Below, piece by piece: positions 37,956 to 47,971 of a stretch of 64,000 bases of DNA. Below the pieces are notes generated by a model. That model made no database searches. It was not told the DNA's origin and saw nothing but the letters and a program-made list of their open reading frames with translations. Numbering within the stretch: the first letter of the stretch is position 1; each line of letters starts with the position of its first letter. Made by a program: the position numbers and the translations under genes. Source of the stretch: Thermoplasmatota archaeon. GTDB taxonomy: Archaea; Thermoplasmatota; Thermoplasmata; UBA10834. Location of the stretch: the NCBI GenBank assembly GCA_040751795.1, contig JBFMHR010000003.1, positions 289,597 through 353,596 of the forward strand, written 5' to 3'.

Positions 37956-39479
37956 CTACTCCCTCTTGATCATGACCTCCATCTGCGGGTACGGGACCTC
38001 GATGTCGGCATCCGTCAGCTTGTTGTAGATCTCCTCGACCAGCCGGTCCCTCGCCTCCACGCGGGCCGAGTTGTCGTTGACCCAGCATATGACCTTGAAG
38101 GCCAGGGCGGAGTCGCCCATGCTGTCGAAGAGTATCAGGGGCTTGCGGCTCTCATCCGTGAGGAGCGAGTAGGGCGAGGCCTCGATGGCGCTCATGATCG
38201 CCTTCCGCACCTTCCTCGGGTCGGAGCCGTAGGCGACGTTCACGTCGACGTTGACCCTGGCCGGGTCCGAGACGTTGCTCACGCGGATGATCTTGTCGTT
38301 CACCAGCTTGTTGTTGGGGAGGGAGATCACCGTCGCGTCGGAGTACCTGTACAGCCTGCAGGTCCTGAGGCCTATCCTCCGGACCTCGCACCAGTCGCCG
38401 TCTGAGAGGATGATCATGTCCCCCTCGGCGAACGGCCGGTCGAGGAGGAGGAACACGCCGCTGAAGAAGTTGGAGAGCGTGTCCTGGGCGGCGAACGCGA
38501 GCACCATGGAGACGACTACGCCGCCCGCCACGAACATGGTGAGGTCCACGCTGAGCACATCGAGGACGTACCCGAGCGCGGCGAGCCCGATGACCACGAC
38601 CCCGAGCTTCTCCACGACGGGGACGAGCACGTCGTCGATGTTGCTGGTGGTCTTCTTGGCGATCATCTTGCCGTAGTACACGAGGATCTGCTTGAACAGC
38701 TTGTAGGCGAGGTAGAATATGACGAGGACCACGACCACGCTGTAGAGCGACAGGACGAGGTCCCTCATGTCCAGCGGGAAGTGCATGTGGAGCGCGTCGA
38801 GGGAGTTCACGACGCCGAACGCGAAGACCAGGAGGAGCACCGGCGTGCGGATGATCCCGAGGACGATGTCGTCGAGCATCGTGGTGGTCCTGCGGGTGAA
38901 CCCGTAGGCCACCGCGTCCATGAGGTAGGCGATGCCGAACGCTATCGCCAGCCAGATCACCACATCCAGGAGGAAGACCCCCCACTCGTTGTCGAGGGGG
39001 GCGGGGAGTGGGTTGTCGAAGTACCCCAGGACCTTGTTGGCGCTCCCGAAGGCGCCTATGATCTCCGTGACCGCGCTCTCGGACGCCACCTGGACGAGGT
39101 ACCCGTCCTCGTACACATGGAAGACGACCGTCAGGTTGGACACCACGTCCCCGCTCTCGTACGGGGCGTGCACCGTGGCCGTGACGGAGGTGAGGTTCCC
39201 CGGGCCCAGCTCGAGGTCGCTGTCGCTGAGGTCGGCGCTCCACCCGTCGTTGGCGATGCCCGCCTCGACCTCTATGGTGAGGTGCGCGGAGGAGTCGATG
39301 TTCCTTATCGTCCAGTTGTAGGTCGCCGATTCCCCGGCGCGGAGCGTCTTCTCGTAGTTGTCGATGGTTATGATCTGTATGAACTCCGGCTGCTCCGCCG
39401 AGGCCTGCCCGCAGGAGGCCATGAGCGCGAGGGCCACGACCAAGAGGGGCGCGATCACTGTGAGTTCGTGCTTGTTCAT
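37956..39479 (-). CDS. mscS: MscS-family mechanosensitive channel with N-terminal extracellular Ig-like domain
   Basis: AFAAQDTLSNFFSG, DRPF, IGLRT, LPNN, VNVAYGSD, IEVPYPQ; N-terminal signal plus beta domain. Confidence 0.88.
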   Translation of the reverse strand: MNKHELTVIAPLLVVALALMASCGQASAEQPEFIQIITIDNYEKTLRAGESATYNWTIRNIDSSAHLTIEVEAGIANDGWSADLSDSDLELGPGNLTSVTATVHAPYESGDVVSNLTVVFHVYEDGYLVQVASESAVTEIIGAFGSANKVLGYFDNPLPAPLDNEWGVFLLDVVIWLAIAFGIAYLMDAVAYGFTRRTTTMLDDIVLGIIRTPVLLLVFAFGVVNSLDALHMHFPLDMRDLVLSLYSVVVVLVIFYLAYKLFKQILVYYGKMIAKKTTSNIDDVLVPVVEKLGVVVIGLAALGYVLDVLSVDLTMFVAGGVVVSMVLAFAAQDTLSNFFSGVFLLLDRPFAEGDMIILSDGDWCEVRRIGLRTCRLYRYSDATVISLPNNKLVNDKIIRVSNVSDPARVNVDVNVAYGSDPRKVRKAIMSAIEASPYSLLTDESRKPLILFDSMGDSALAFKVICWVNDNSARVEARDRLVEEIYNKLTDADIEVPYPQMEVMIKRE

Positions 39480-39621
39480 GCGGTCACGTCTCTGACTGGC
39501 TGTCCGCCTATGATGGGCAATGGGCACGCGGCTCTTAACGGTTTTGGGGCCAAGGCTGATGCTGACCTGGATGGAGGGTGTGGGCCCCGCGTCGCCACGC
39601 AGGGCCCTTGTGGTTTCCCCC

Positions 39622-42600
39622 CTATTGTTCGGAGCCCTTCTTCCTGGAGACCAGGAAGCCTCCCAGCATCGCCATGCCGACCAGCCCCGCTGCTCCCACC
39701 AGCCACAGCGATTCCTCGTCCGACGGCGCCGCCGCGGAGCCGGAGCCCTGGTCGTCGAGCAGCACGATCGTCCCCACGTCGAGCACGCCCGCGCCGACCG
39801 TTATCGACACGGTGAAGTCGGCGTACCCGTTCTTGGACACGGTGAGGTCGTAGACCCCGGAGACGAGGTCCCTGATCATGAACTCTCCCTGGGCGTCCGT
39901 GAGGGTGGACCCTACCAGGGCCCCGCCCGACGTCCTCACCTCGACGACCGCGTTCTTCAGCGGCCTGAGGCTCTCCGACATCACGACGCCCTTGACGCCG
40001 CTGTCGCCCTTGCCGACCTCGACGGTCTGCGTGATGGACGCCTGCACGCCGTACATGTTCGTCACGGTCAGGGTGACCTCGTAGTCGCCCTGCTCGGCGA
40101 AGACGTGGGCCGCCTCCCAGCCGGATGCGTAGGTGCCGTCCCCGAAGGACCAGACGTACTCCACTATGCCGCCCTCGTCGTAGGAGCCGTACGCGTAGAA
40201 CGTCACCAGCTCCCCCTCGTCCGGGTCGAGGGGCGAGTAGACCATCGCGGGCACGGGCACCGAGGCGACCGTTATGGTGACGACGTCCTCGTCGACCATT
40301 AGGTCCCCGTCCATCACCGTGAGCTTGACCGAGTACACGCCCTCGTGCTCGTACGCGTGCGTGGCCGTCATGCCCTCGGCGACATCGCCGTCGCCGAACT
40401 GCCATATGTACGACACGATGGCGCCGTCAGGGTCGAAGGAGTGGCTCGCGTCGAATGCCACCGTGTCCCCCACCGCCGGCATGGACGGCTCGTAGGCTAT
40501 GACCGCAACGGGCGGGGCGCCCTCCCCGCCGACGGCGATCTCCGCCGACACAGAGCCGGCCAGCCAGTTGTTGTCGTAGACCGTCAGGGTGACGGTGTAG
40601 ACGCCCTCCGCGTTGTAGGTGTGGTACATCTCGGACCACGGGGCACCTTCTGCGTACCCGTCGCCGTAGTCGAAGACATAGTAGTCGACCCATCCGTCCG
40701 GGTCGTAGGAGCCGGACGCGTTGAACAGGACCGCCTCGCCGACCGCTGGCGCCATCGGGGTCCAATCGAGCACCGGCACCGGGGCCGCGTTCTCGCGGAC
40801 GCAGACCATCGCCGATGCGGACGCCTGCGCCCCGCAGTCGTCCACGACCGTCAGGGTGACGATGTAGTCTCCCACCTCGTCGAACGCATGCTCGGCCCAC
40901 TGGCCGTCAGCGGTGGAGTTGTCGCCGAAGTCCCAGTGCCACTGGGTGATCCACCCGTCGGGGTCGTAGGAGTTCCACGCGTCGAAGAGGACCACCTGTC
41001 CTGGCGCTGGCTGCTCCGGCCACCACATGAACTGCGCGACCGGGGGCTCGTTCATCGTGCCCGCGTCGTTGAGCGAGATGTAGTAGCTCGGTATCTCGTT
41101 GTAGTACCCGTAGGACCAGACCTGGACCCAGTAGGTGCCAGCGGGCAGGGATGCCACTATCCTCGACGACAGGTCGTACGTCCAGTCGTCGTTGTAGGCT
41201 ATCCAAGAGTCGGGGACGCCGCCCTCGTCGTAGAGGGCGATCACGGTGTCACCCCAATCCCCGTCGGCGAAGGACGTCCGTATGTCCACGTCCGTGGCGT
41301 CGTCGAGGGTGAAGGTCACCCAGTCGACGTCCCCTGCGCCGGGGGCGATGCTGTGCTCCTGCGTCTCCCCGAGCTGTATGTCGCTCGCCTGGTCGAAGGT
41401 GTCGTCCGGCTCGTAGGCGTCGGGCCCCGCAGCCTCATCGACGTACAGGTCGTATGAGAACGACGTCGACGCTCCGTCGTCGTCCACCACCTCGAGGAAC
41501 AGCAGGTACCACCCTGGCGCCTCGTAGGTGTGGTTCACGACGGCCTCGTAGGCCGTCGTCCCGTCGCCGAAGTCCCAGAAGTAGGAGACGATCCATCCGT
41601 CGGGGTCGTACGAGTAGGTCGCGTCGAACGTGGATTCGATGCCGGCGACGGGCCACGGGTAGACGCCGAGGCTGATCACGGGCGGCATGTTGGGCAGGTC
41701 GCCCACGTACAGGGTGATGTCGTACCCTTCGATGGGGTAGAACGATTCGACTGACGCGAAGTACGTCCCGGCGGGGAGGTACATCTCGATGGTGGCCCAG
41801 TAGTCATAGCCTCCATCCTCCTCCCATGCCAGCGGGTCGTACGGGACGCCCGCCTCGTCGAAGAGGTACATCGTCGTCACGCCGAACTCGCCCCAGGTGC
41901 CCTGGGTGCGCACGCTCACGTTGTCGTCGGCGGCCAGGGTGAACACGAACCAGTCCGCATCCTCTTCCGTGTGCAGGCTGTGGGTCTGGGTGACCTCCTC
42001 GACGAGCTCCGTGGCTTCCGTGTAGACGTCGTCCGGCTCGTATGCGTCGGGGTCGGCCATCAGGTACTGCACCAGGAACTCGTCCCAGGAGGTCTCGGCC
42101 GTGAAGTCGAGGACGTCCTCGTAGTGCTCCCAGTACCAGTCGCCGGAGTCGGGGAAGTAGATCGACACCCCGTGGGCGTCCCAGCGGTAGTCGCCGTGCC
42201 CCTCGGCCACGACGGCCTCGCCGACCGCGGCCCACAACGCGTCGGCCGCCGCGACGAGCCCGTCGGTCGTGTAGATGTCCCCGACCTCGAAGGCGAAGTC
42301 GTAAAGGTCGATGAATGACATGTCGCTGAACGATGTCGTGTTCGCCCTGCAATACCGTATGACCTCCTCGTGGTCGGGCATCGCCGCGATGAGCTCCTGC
42401 GCGAAGGCCTCCAGGGAGTCGTACATCTGGGCGGTCGCGCCCACGTCGACGGCCGACATGGTCTCGATGCCGTAGGTCCCGTAGTAGTCCATGTACCGGC
42501 CGACGATGGCCGACGACAGCTCGGCGGGGGTCATCAGCGGGTCGGCGACGAGGTCGCCCATGATCGTGTCATAGGGCCACCCGTCCCACGGGACCGTCTC

Positions 42601-45600
42601 CTCTGACGCGACGACGTAGTCGACGTACTCCCTCGTCTCGTAGATCACCTCGGCCATCGCCATGAGGCACGCGTCGTAGCCGAGGACGTCCAGGTGGACG
42701 CCGGCCGAGAGCGCCCACTCGACCTCGTCCATGGTGAGCGCGTCGTAGTAGTCGGTCTCGTCCCAGCACACCGCCCCGTCCCAGCCGCCTCCGTGGTCCC
42801 AGAGGACCAGCATGTAGTTCTCGGCCGGGTGGTTGGCCGAGGCCCAGGCGACGAAGTCCGCGAGCGTCGCGGGGTCGCCCATGTCGAGCTCGCCGAGGAC
42901 CTCGACGGCGTTGTACGGGTCAGGGGTCTGCCCCTCGGTCACATAGAACCGCCTCGTGTCGGTCCAGTCGCCATATGTGGAGATGTACCCCGGCGCCCTG
43001 TCGAACTGCACGACTATGTTCACGTCCTCGGTCGAACCGGCCGATGCCATCTCGACGAAGTCGATGAGGCCGACCTCCTCGAGGTTGTTGTCCCCGTCGA
43101 GGTACACCATGACCGTCCACTGCTTACCCTGCGCCTGAGGCAGGACGGTCGTGTACGCCGTCGCCTGGATCAAGGGGTCCGCTGTGTCGGAGACGACAAG
43201 GGACTGCTCCCCCTCCGTGTAGAATGCGGTCTGGTCGTAGAACGTGTGGCTCCCGCCGTCCGCGGCCGTGAAGGTGTAGTCGACGGGCAGGCACGCGTGG
43301 GTGTCAGAGGACGAGAACGTGACCGTTCCTGTGTAGCCCTCGAACGGGTAGCCGTACTGGTCGAGCACCGTGACGGCGATGTCCAGGCTCTGGTTCACCC
43401 GCACGGGGTCGGGCAGCCCCTCGATCATCATGCACGCGGGCTCCACGGGCCCCGTCGAGGCGGCGAACTCAATCCACGGCAGCCCGTAGGGCAGGACCCC
43501 CAATCGGTCCCACTCGGACTCCAGGTAGTCATGGGTCGTCTGGGCCTGGGACCACGAGCACACGTCAATGGGTCCCTCGAAGGTCAATGTGTTGAGGAGC
43601 GGGTCGACGGTGACTCCCGGCAGGTCGTAGCCTGCAGGCTCCGAGTACGGGCTCGCCATCATGTACTCGCTCGTCGAGAACCAGTCGACGCCACCATCGG
43701 TCACGAACGACTGCGGTCCATCTGGCCACTCGAACCACATCTCCTCCCCCTCAGCGAGGTCGAACGCCGCAGGGGTGTATTCGTACGGGGTCATGCTGCC
43801 ATAGCTGACGCTCCCTGCGTACATGTCCAGGCACTCCAGGTACTCGTAGGCGTCGAAGTCCGAGACCGGGTGGGTCAGGCTGGACGGGACGTAGTCCTGG
43901 TGCATCCCCCTCCACGCCCAGCTCGGTTGCTGGGTCTCGAGGTCCTTCCACGCGAACACCGCTCCCACGACCGCCGTGTCGACGTCGATGTCGGCGCTGT
44001 CCGGGCCTATCTCGGCGTGGATGACGAAGTCCTCGAACATCCACTCGGTCGGCATGAAGGCGTCGTGCAGCCACCTGGTCATGAGCGCCTCCATCCCCCA
44101 GGACACGACGTCGTACTGCAGGACGACATTGCCGTCGTAGCTGTACGCGTCGAGGTCGAAGCTGAGGGGGGTGAACGCATACTCGTACATCGGGAAGATG
44201 TCGAGGCGTTCGTTGGCCTCGTGCATCATCCAATCCAAGTAGGCCGTCTCGAAGGCCGCCTCGTTCGCGGCCCACCACGAGGGGAAGTCGTCGAGCCCGT
44301 CGTCCGTGATGCCCAGCACCGCCTTGGCCGCCGTGCTGTCGAGGTAGGTGGTGCCGTTGAGGCCCACGGCCCATCCGTCGTACCACACGCTTATGACATC
44401 AGGGTAGTGCTCCAATTGGTCCCCTGTCAGATACTGCATGCGCCAGTCGATGACGGCCAAACCCCCCCTCTCTTCGCCCAGGAGGGGCAGGAACTGAGGC
44501 CGGTCGTTCATGTTGACCTCGGGGAGGTCGTTCGCCATGACGTTCAGCTGCATGCTGCTGTGGTAGGCGTCGGGGCCGTCGGGTCCGTTTGTCCGGTATA
44601 TGTATGGGTATGATGTGGTCACGGGCTCACAGATGCCGTAGTACGTGTACCTCCATTCCCACCATTCTCCGAACGGCTCGCTGAACATGTCGTGCCACCA
44701 GTATCCGACGGTCCTCCCGCCGGCCGAGCCACCAAGGACGTCCACGGTAGCCAACGAGATGACCTCGTGTCCCTGGACCCCGTCGTGCAGCCTGACCTCG
44801 AGCTCGAGGCCGGCGGCGGCGTAGGAGTACACATGGCTCTGCCGCACGGTCGTCGGCACGGAGGTGCCCATCACCTGGGTAACCAACGTCTCGCCGTCCC
44901 CGAAGGACCAGTTCACGAGGAGCGCGTCCCCCTCAGGGTCGGAGACCACGACCTCGAACGTGATCACCTCCCCCGCCGTCGCTTGGTAGGCGGGCAGGAG
45001 GGGCACGTCGAACACTGGGGGCAGGTTGTCGCCCCTCGGGACCAGGTCGAACCAGAGCCAGAGGAGGTCGGAAGTGACCGTCCTGCCGGGGTGCGACTCC
45101 CAGTCGCCCCAGCCCACGAACCACTGGTCGGTGTATCCGTACAGGCCTATGTCGTAGAAGGGCGGGATCTCCGTGTGGGAGTCGTAGATCATCTGCTGGA
45201 GGTTGTCGACGATGGCCTTCCTGTCCTCGCGGTCGAGCGTCTCGAGCGCCATGGACAGGTTCTGGTCGTAAGCCGAGTACGGGCCTCTCAGGTCCCACTC
45301 GGCCGGCGCGTCGGTGTAGTTGGTGCCATCGTACCACCACGGCCCCATGGGCATCTGGCAGTTCAGGCCGCCCGGGACTATCTCCGACGTGAGCCAAGTG
45401 CTCAGGGCGCTCCCGATGGGCTCGGGTCCCCAGCCCCAGTGCCACACCCAGATGTCGTAGTCGGCCTTGTACCAGTCCATGTTAATCATGACCCCCTCGG
45501 ACAGTATCCTGGGGACGAGTCCTATCCCCGCGTCGCGGGCGTCGGCCGCCCACATGGTGGTGACGGCGTAGTACGTGGGGTCAGTGTCGGGCGCGTCGAG

Positions 45601-46884
45601 GCGTATCATGGACAGCTCGTCCCCAACATCCACCAGCCCCTCGCGGACCGCGTACGCATCCGCGGTCGCCTGGAGGTAGCCGTCCCCGTCAAGGTCCGCG
45701 TAGCCAGATCTCATCAGCAGGTCCAGAGCGGCCAAGGGGTCGAATGCGAGTTCCTCGATGTCGGCCTGCCAGTAGCCGGGCTGTATGACGGCTGTCGCCG
45801 GCTCGGCGAGCCCACTCAGTGTGACATCAGTGATATACGTCTTGTTGAGCGTCATCGCCAGCGCCTGCCTGACCGCGGGGTCGAGCAGGTGCGGGTTGCC
45901 CGTGCCGTAGGTGGAGGTCCGGAACGACATGGGTATCGCGTTGATCGCGACATCGCAGATGCCGGGCTCGGAGACAGCCTGCTTGATGACGTTGGCGGTC
46001 GCGTAGCTTCCGAGCACGTCGAGGTAGGTGTTGACGTCGCTCCCGACGGACACGACGTCGAGGTCGCCGTAGTTGATGGCGAGGGCGAGCGCGGTGTTGT
46101 CATAATAGACCGAGTAGATGATCCCGGGCACCGACACCGTCCTCTCGGCGCCGTAGTCCGCCTCTCCATGGTAGTTCGGGGCCTTAGCGAAGCTGTACCA
46201 CGACCCTTCGACCATCGCGTCGAACACGAAGGGGCCGCTGCCGACGAGTTCGTCGGGATCCATCTGGGCGAACGGGTCGTGCATCGGACCGTACACGTAC
46301 TCCGGCAGGATCGGGACGCCCTCGAGGTCGTCGAACAGGGTGGCCTTGGGCCATGCGGTGGTGATCGAGACGGTGAACCTGTCCAGGGCATCGACGTCCG
46401 TCACGCCGATGAAGTTGGACCTCCACGTGCCACTGTCCGGGTTATTCCTTATCAGGTTGAAAGTGAATTCGACATCGTCCGCGGTCAGCTGGCGGGACGT
46501 GTCGTAAGGGTCCGAGGCCGTCCTGAAGTACGCGTTCTGAGTGATGGCGATCTCCGTGGTCATGGAGCCATCTGGGTTCAGTGTCTGCAGCCAACCCATC
46601 GCCAGGTCCCCGACAGGGCCCTGCAAGTCCTCATCGTACATGAAGAGCGAGCTGTGGATCAGGTTGCACGCGACGTAGTCCTCGACAATCGTCAGTGTCA
46701 GCGGGTTCCAGTATTCGAAGTCCCCCGTCCACCCGACCATCACATATCCATCGGCGCGGGCGGCCGCATCCACGGCGTCCGCCCCCCCTCTCCCGTCCCC
46801 GGCGACCCTGGCCATGGACAGGCTCATCACGATTATCAGCGCTACGGCTGCAAGCCTAGACACTAGCAACTTCCGACCCGACAT
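39622..46884 (-). CDS. Giant surface protein: OppA/DppA-type SBP + PKD + clostripain (C11) peptidase + PPC/PKD repeats + C-terminal TM
   Basis: SBP family 5 motifs (LTADDVEFTF, GSGPF, VRQAL); WTVMVYLDGDNNLE, LWDHGGG and YDACLM (C11 His/Cys dyad); two DAYEPDD PPC-like modules; six (W/F)xFGD-type PKD units; carboxypeptidase-regulatory-like domain; TM + RKK tail. ATG 46884 has a GGAGGGG RBS. Confidence 0.88.
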   Translation of the reverse strand: MSGRKLLVSRLAAVALIIVMSLSMARVAGDGRGGADAVDAAARADGYVMVGWTGDFEYWNPLTLTIVEDYVACNLIHSSLFMYDEDLQGPVGDLAMGWLQTLNPDGSMTTEIAITQNAYFRTASDPYDTSRQLTADDVEFTFNLIRNNPDSGTWRSNFIGVTDVDALDRFTVSITTAWPKATLFDDLEGVPILPEYVYGPMHDPFAQMDPDELVGSGPFVFDAMVEGSWYSFAKAPNYHGEADYGAERTVSVPGIIYSVYYDNTALALAINYGDLDVVSVGSDVNTYLDVLGSYATANVIKQAVSEPGICDVAINAIPMSFRTSTYGTGNPHLLDPAVRQALAMTLNKTYITDVTLSGLAEPATAVIQPGYWQADIEELAFDPLAALDLLMRSGYADLDGDGYLQATADAYAVREGLVDVGDELSMIRLDAPDTDPTYYAVTTMWAADARDAGIGLVPRILSEGVMINMDWYKADYDIWVWHWGWGPEPIGSALSTWLTSEIVPGGLNCQMPMGPWWYDGTNYTDAPAEWDLRGPYSAYDQNLSMALETLDREDRKAIVDNLQQMIYDSHTEIPPFYDIGLYGYTDQWFVGWGDWESHPGRTVTSDLLWLWFDLVPRGDNLPPVFDVPLLPAYQATAGEVITFEVVVSDPEGDALLVNWSFGDGETLVTQVMGTSVPTTVRQSHVYSYAAAGLELEVRLHDGVQGHEVISLATVDVLGGSAGGRTVGYWWHDMFSEPFGEWWEWRYTYYGICEPVTTSYPYIYRTNGPDGPDAYHSSMQLNVMANDLPEVNMNDRPQFLPLLGEERGGLAVIDWRMQYLTGDQLEHYPDVISVWYDGWAVGLNGTTYLDSTAAKAVLGITDDGLDDFPSWWAANEAAFETAYLDWMMHEANERLDIFPMYEYAFTPLSFDLDAYSYDGNVVLQYDVVSWGMEALMTRWLHDAFMPTEWMFEDFVIHAEIGPDSADIDVDTAVVGAVFAWKDLETQQPSWAWRGMHQDYVPSSLTHPVSDFDAYEYLECLDMYAGSVSYGSMTPYEYTPAAFDLAEGEEMWFEWPDGPQSFVTDGGVDWFSTSEYMMASPYSEPAGYDLPGVTVDPLLNTLTFEGPIDVCSWSQAQTTHDYLESEWDRLGVLPYGLPWIEFAASTGPVEPACMMIEGLPDPVRVNQSLDIAVTVLDQYGYPFEGYTGTVTFSSSDTHACLPVDYTFTAADGGSHTFYDQTAFYTEGEQSLVVSDTADPLIQATAYTTVLPQAQGKQWTVMVYLDGDNNLEEVGLIDFVEMASAGSTEDVNIVVQFDRAPGYISTYGDWTDTRRFYVTEGQTPDPYNAVEVLGELDMGDPATLADFVAWASANHPAENYMLVLWDHGGGWDGAVCWDETDYYDALTMDEVEWALSAGVHLDVLGYDACLMAMAEVIYETREYVDYVVASEETVPWDGWPYDTIMGDLVADPLMTPAELSSAIVGRYMDYYGTYGIETMSAVDVGATAQMYDSLEAFAQELIAAMPDHEEVIRYCRANTTSFSDMSFIDLYDFAFEVGDIYTTDGLVAAADALWAAVGEAVVAEGHGDYRWDAHGVSIYFPDSGDWYWEHYEDVLDFTAETSWDEFLVQYLMADPDAYEPDDVYTEATELVEEVTQTHSLHTEEDADWFVFTLAADDNVSVRTQGTWGEFGVTTMYLFDEAGVPYDPLAWEEDGGYDYWATIEMYLPAGTYFASVESFYPIEGYDITLYVGDLPNMPPVISLGVYPWPVAGIESTFDATYSYDPDGWIVSYFWDFGDGTTAYEAVVNHTYEAPGWYLLFLEVVDDDGASTSFSYDLYVDEAAGPDAYEPDDTFDQASDIQLGETQEHSIAPGAGDVDWVTFTLDDATDVDIRTSFADGDWGDTVIALYDEGGVPDSWIAYNDDWTYDLSSRIVASLPAGTYWVQVWSYGYYNEIPSYYISLNDAGTMNEPPVAQFMWWPEQPAPGQVVLFDAWNSYDPDGWITQWHWDFGDNSTADGQWAEHAFDEVGDYIVTLTVVDDCGAQASASAMVCVRENAAPVPVLDWTPMAPAVGEAVLFNASGSYDPDGWVDYYVFDYGDGYAEGAPWSEMYHTYNAEGVYTVTLTVYDNNWLAGSVSAEIAVGGEGAPPVAVIAYEPSMPAVGDTVAFDASHSFDPDGAIVSYIWQFGDGDVAEGMTATHAYEHEGVYSVKLTVMDGDLMVDEDVVTITVASVPVPAMVYSPLDPDEGELVTFYAYGSYDEGGIVEYVWSFGDGTYASGWEAAHVFAEQGDYEVTLTVTNMYGVQASITQTVEVGKGDSGVKGVVMSESLRPLKNAVVEVRTSGGALVGSTLTDAQGEFMIRDLVSGVYDLTVSKNGYADFTVSITVGAGVLDVGTIVLLDDQGSGSAAAPSDEESLWLVGAAGLVGMAMLGGFLVSRKKGSEQ

Positions 46885-47032
46885 CTCTCGCCCCCTCCAG
46901 GAACGAATTGGAGAATTCATTACCACCTCGTGCTATATAAACGATGCCTGGGGATTCTCCGCAGTCTTCTCGCAGTCTCAAGGACCCCCGGCCGGAAACA
47001 TATAATGCCGTGATAGGCGTTACCACGTCCGC

Positions 47033-47971
47033 ATGGACCAGCCTGTCGTAGAGGTCAAGGGCCTCACCAAGAAGTACCCGCCCGCGATAACGGCGGTGGA
47101 CGGCATCGACCTGTCCATACCGAAGGGCAAGGTCTTCTCCCTCCTCGGCCCCAACGGCGCGGGGAAGACCACGACGGTGGAGATACTCGAGGGCCTGCGC
47201 ACCCCGACCTCGGGCGTGGTCTCGGTCCTCGGGGCGGACATATCCCGCGGGTACGGCCCCATAAGGGGCCGGGTAGGCGTCCTGCCGCAGAACTTCGAGC
47301 CGTTCGACCTCCTGAGCCCGTTCGAGGCGGTCGGCTACTGGGCGGACCTCCTGCGGGTGAAGATGGGGAGGAAGGACATCGGCTCGGCCCTCGACGCCGT
47401 GGGCCTCGGGGACAGGAAGAGGGTCATGTCCAAGACCCTCTCGGGGGGCGAGAAGAGGAAGCTCGGCATCGCCCTCTCGATGGTCAACGAGCCGGAGCTG
47501 CTCTTCCTGGACGAGCCGACCACGGGCCTGGACCCGCGCGCGCGGCGCGACCTGTGGAAGCTGATCGAGGAGACCAAGGGGCGGGGCACCACCGTGGTCC
47601 TGACGACCCACTACCTTGACGAGGCCGAGAAGCTCTCGGACGACGTCGCGATCATGCACAGGGGGAGGATCATCGCCCAGGGCACGCCCGAGCAGCTGGT
47701 GTCGAGGCACGGCAAGAGGACGGCGATAGTGCTCGTCGGGGCGGGCGCCGAAGGGCTGAAGGAGCTGACGAGGAGGGGCATCGCGGCCGTGGAGAAGGAA
47801 GGTGACGTGGTCGTCGCCGTGGAGGACCCCTCGCAGCTGAGGTGGATGTTCGCGAAGCTGTCATCGATCGAGGTCAATTACAGGGAGATGTACACCAGGC
47901 GGGAGACGCTCGAGGACGTCTTCCTGGACCTCATAGGCTCCAAGATGGAGGAGGGGGTGCTGCAGGGATGA
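47033..47971 (+). CDS. ABC-2/multidrug exporter ATPase
   Basis: GPNGAGKT, LSGGEK, FLDEPTTGLDP, TTHYLDEAE. Confidence 0.92.
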   Translation: MDQPVVEVKGLTKKYPPAITAVDGIDLSIPKGKVFSLLGPNGAGKTTTVEILEGLRTPTSGVVSVLGADISRGYGPIRGRVGVLPQNFEPFDLLSPFEAVGYWADLLRVKMGRKDIGSALDAVGLGDRKRVMSKTLSGGEKRKLGIALSMVNEPELLFLDEPTTGLDPRARRDLWKLIEETKGRGTTVVLTTHYLDEAEKLSDDVAIMHRGRIIAQGTPEQLVSRHGKRTAIVLVGAGAEGLKELTRRGIAAVEKEGDVVVAVEDPSQLRWMFAKLSSIEVNYREMYTRRETLEDVFLDLIGSKMEEGVLQG

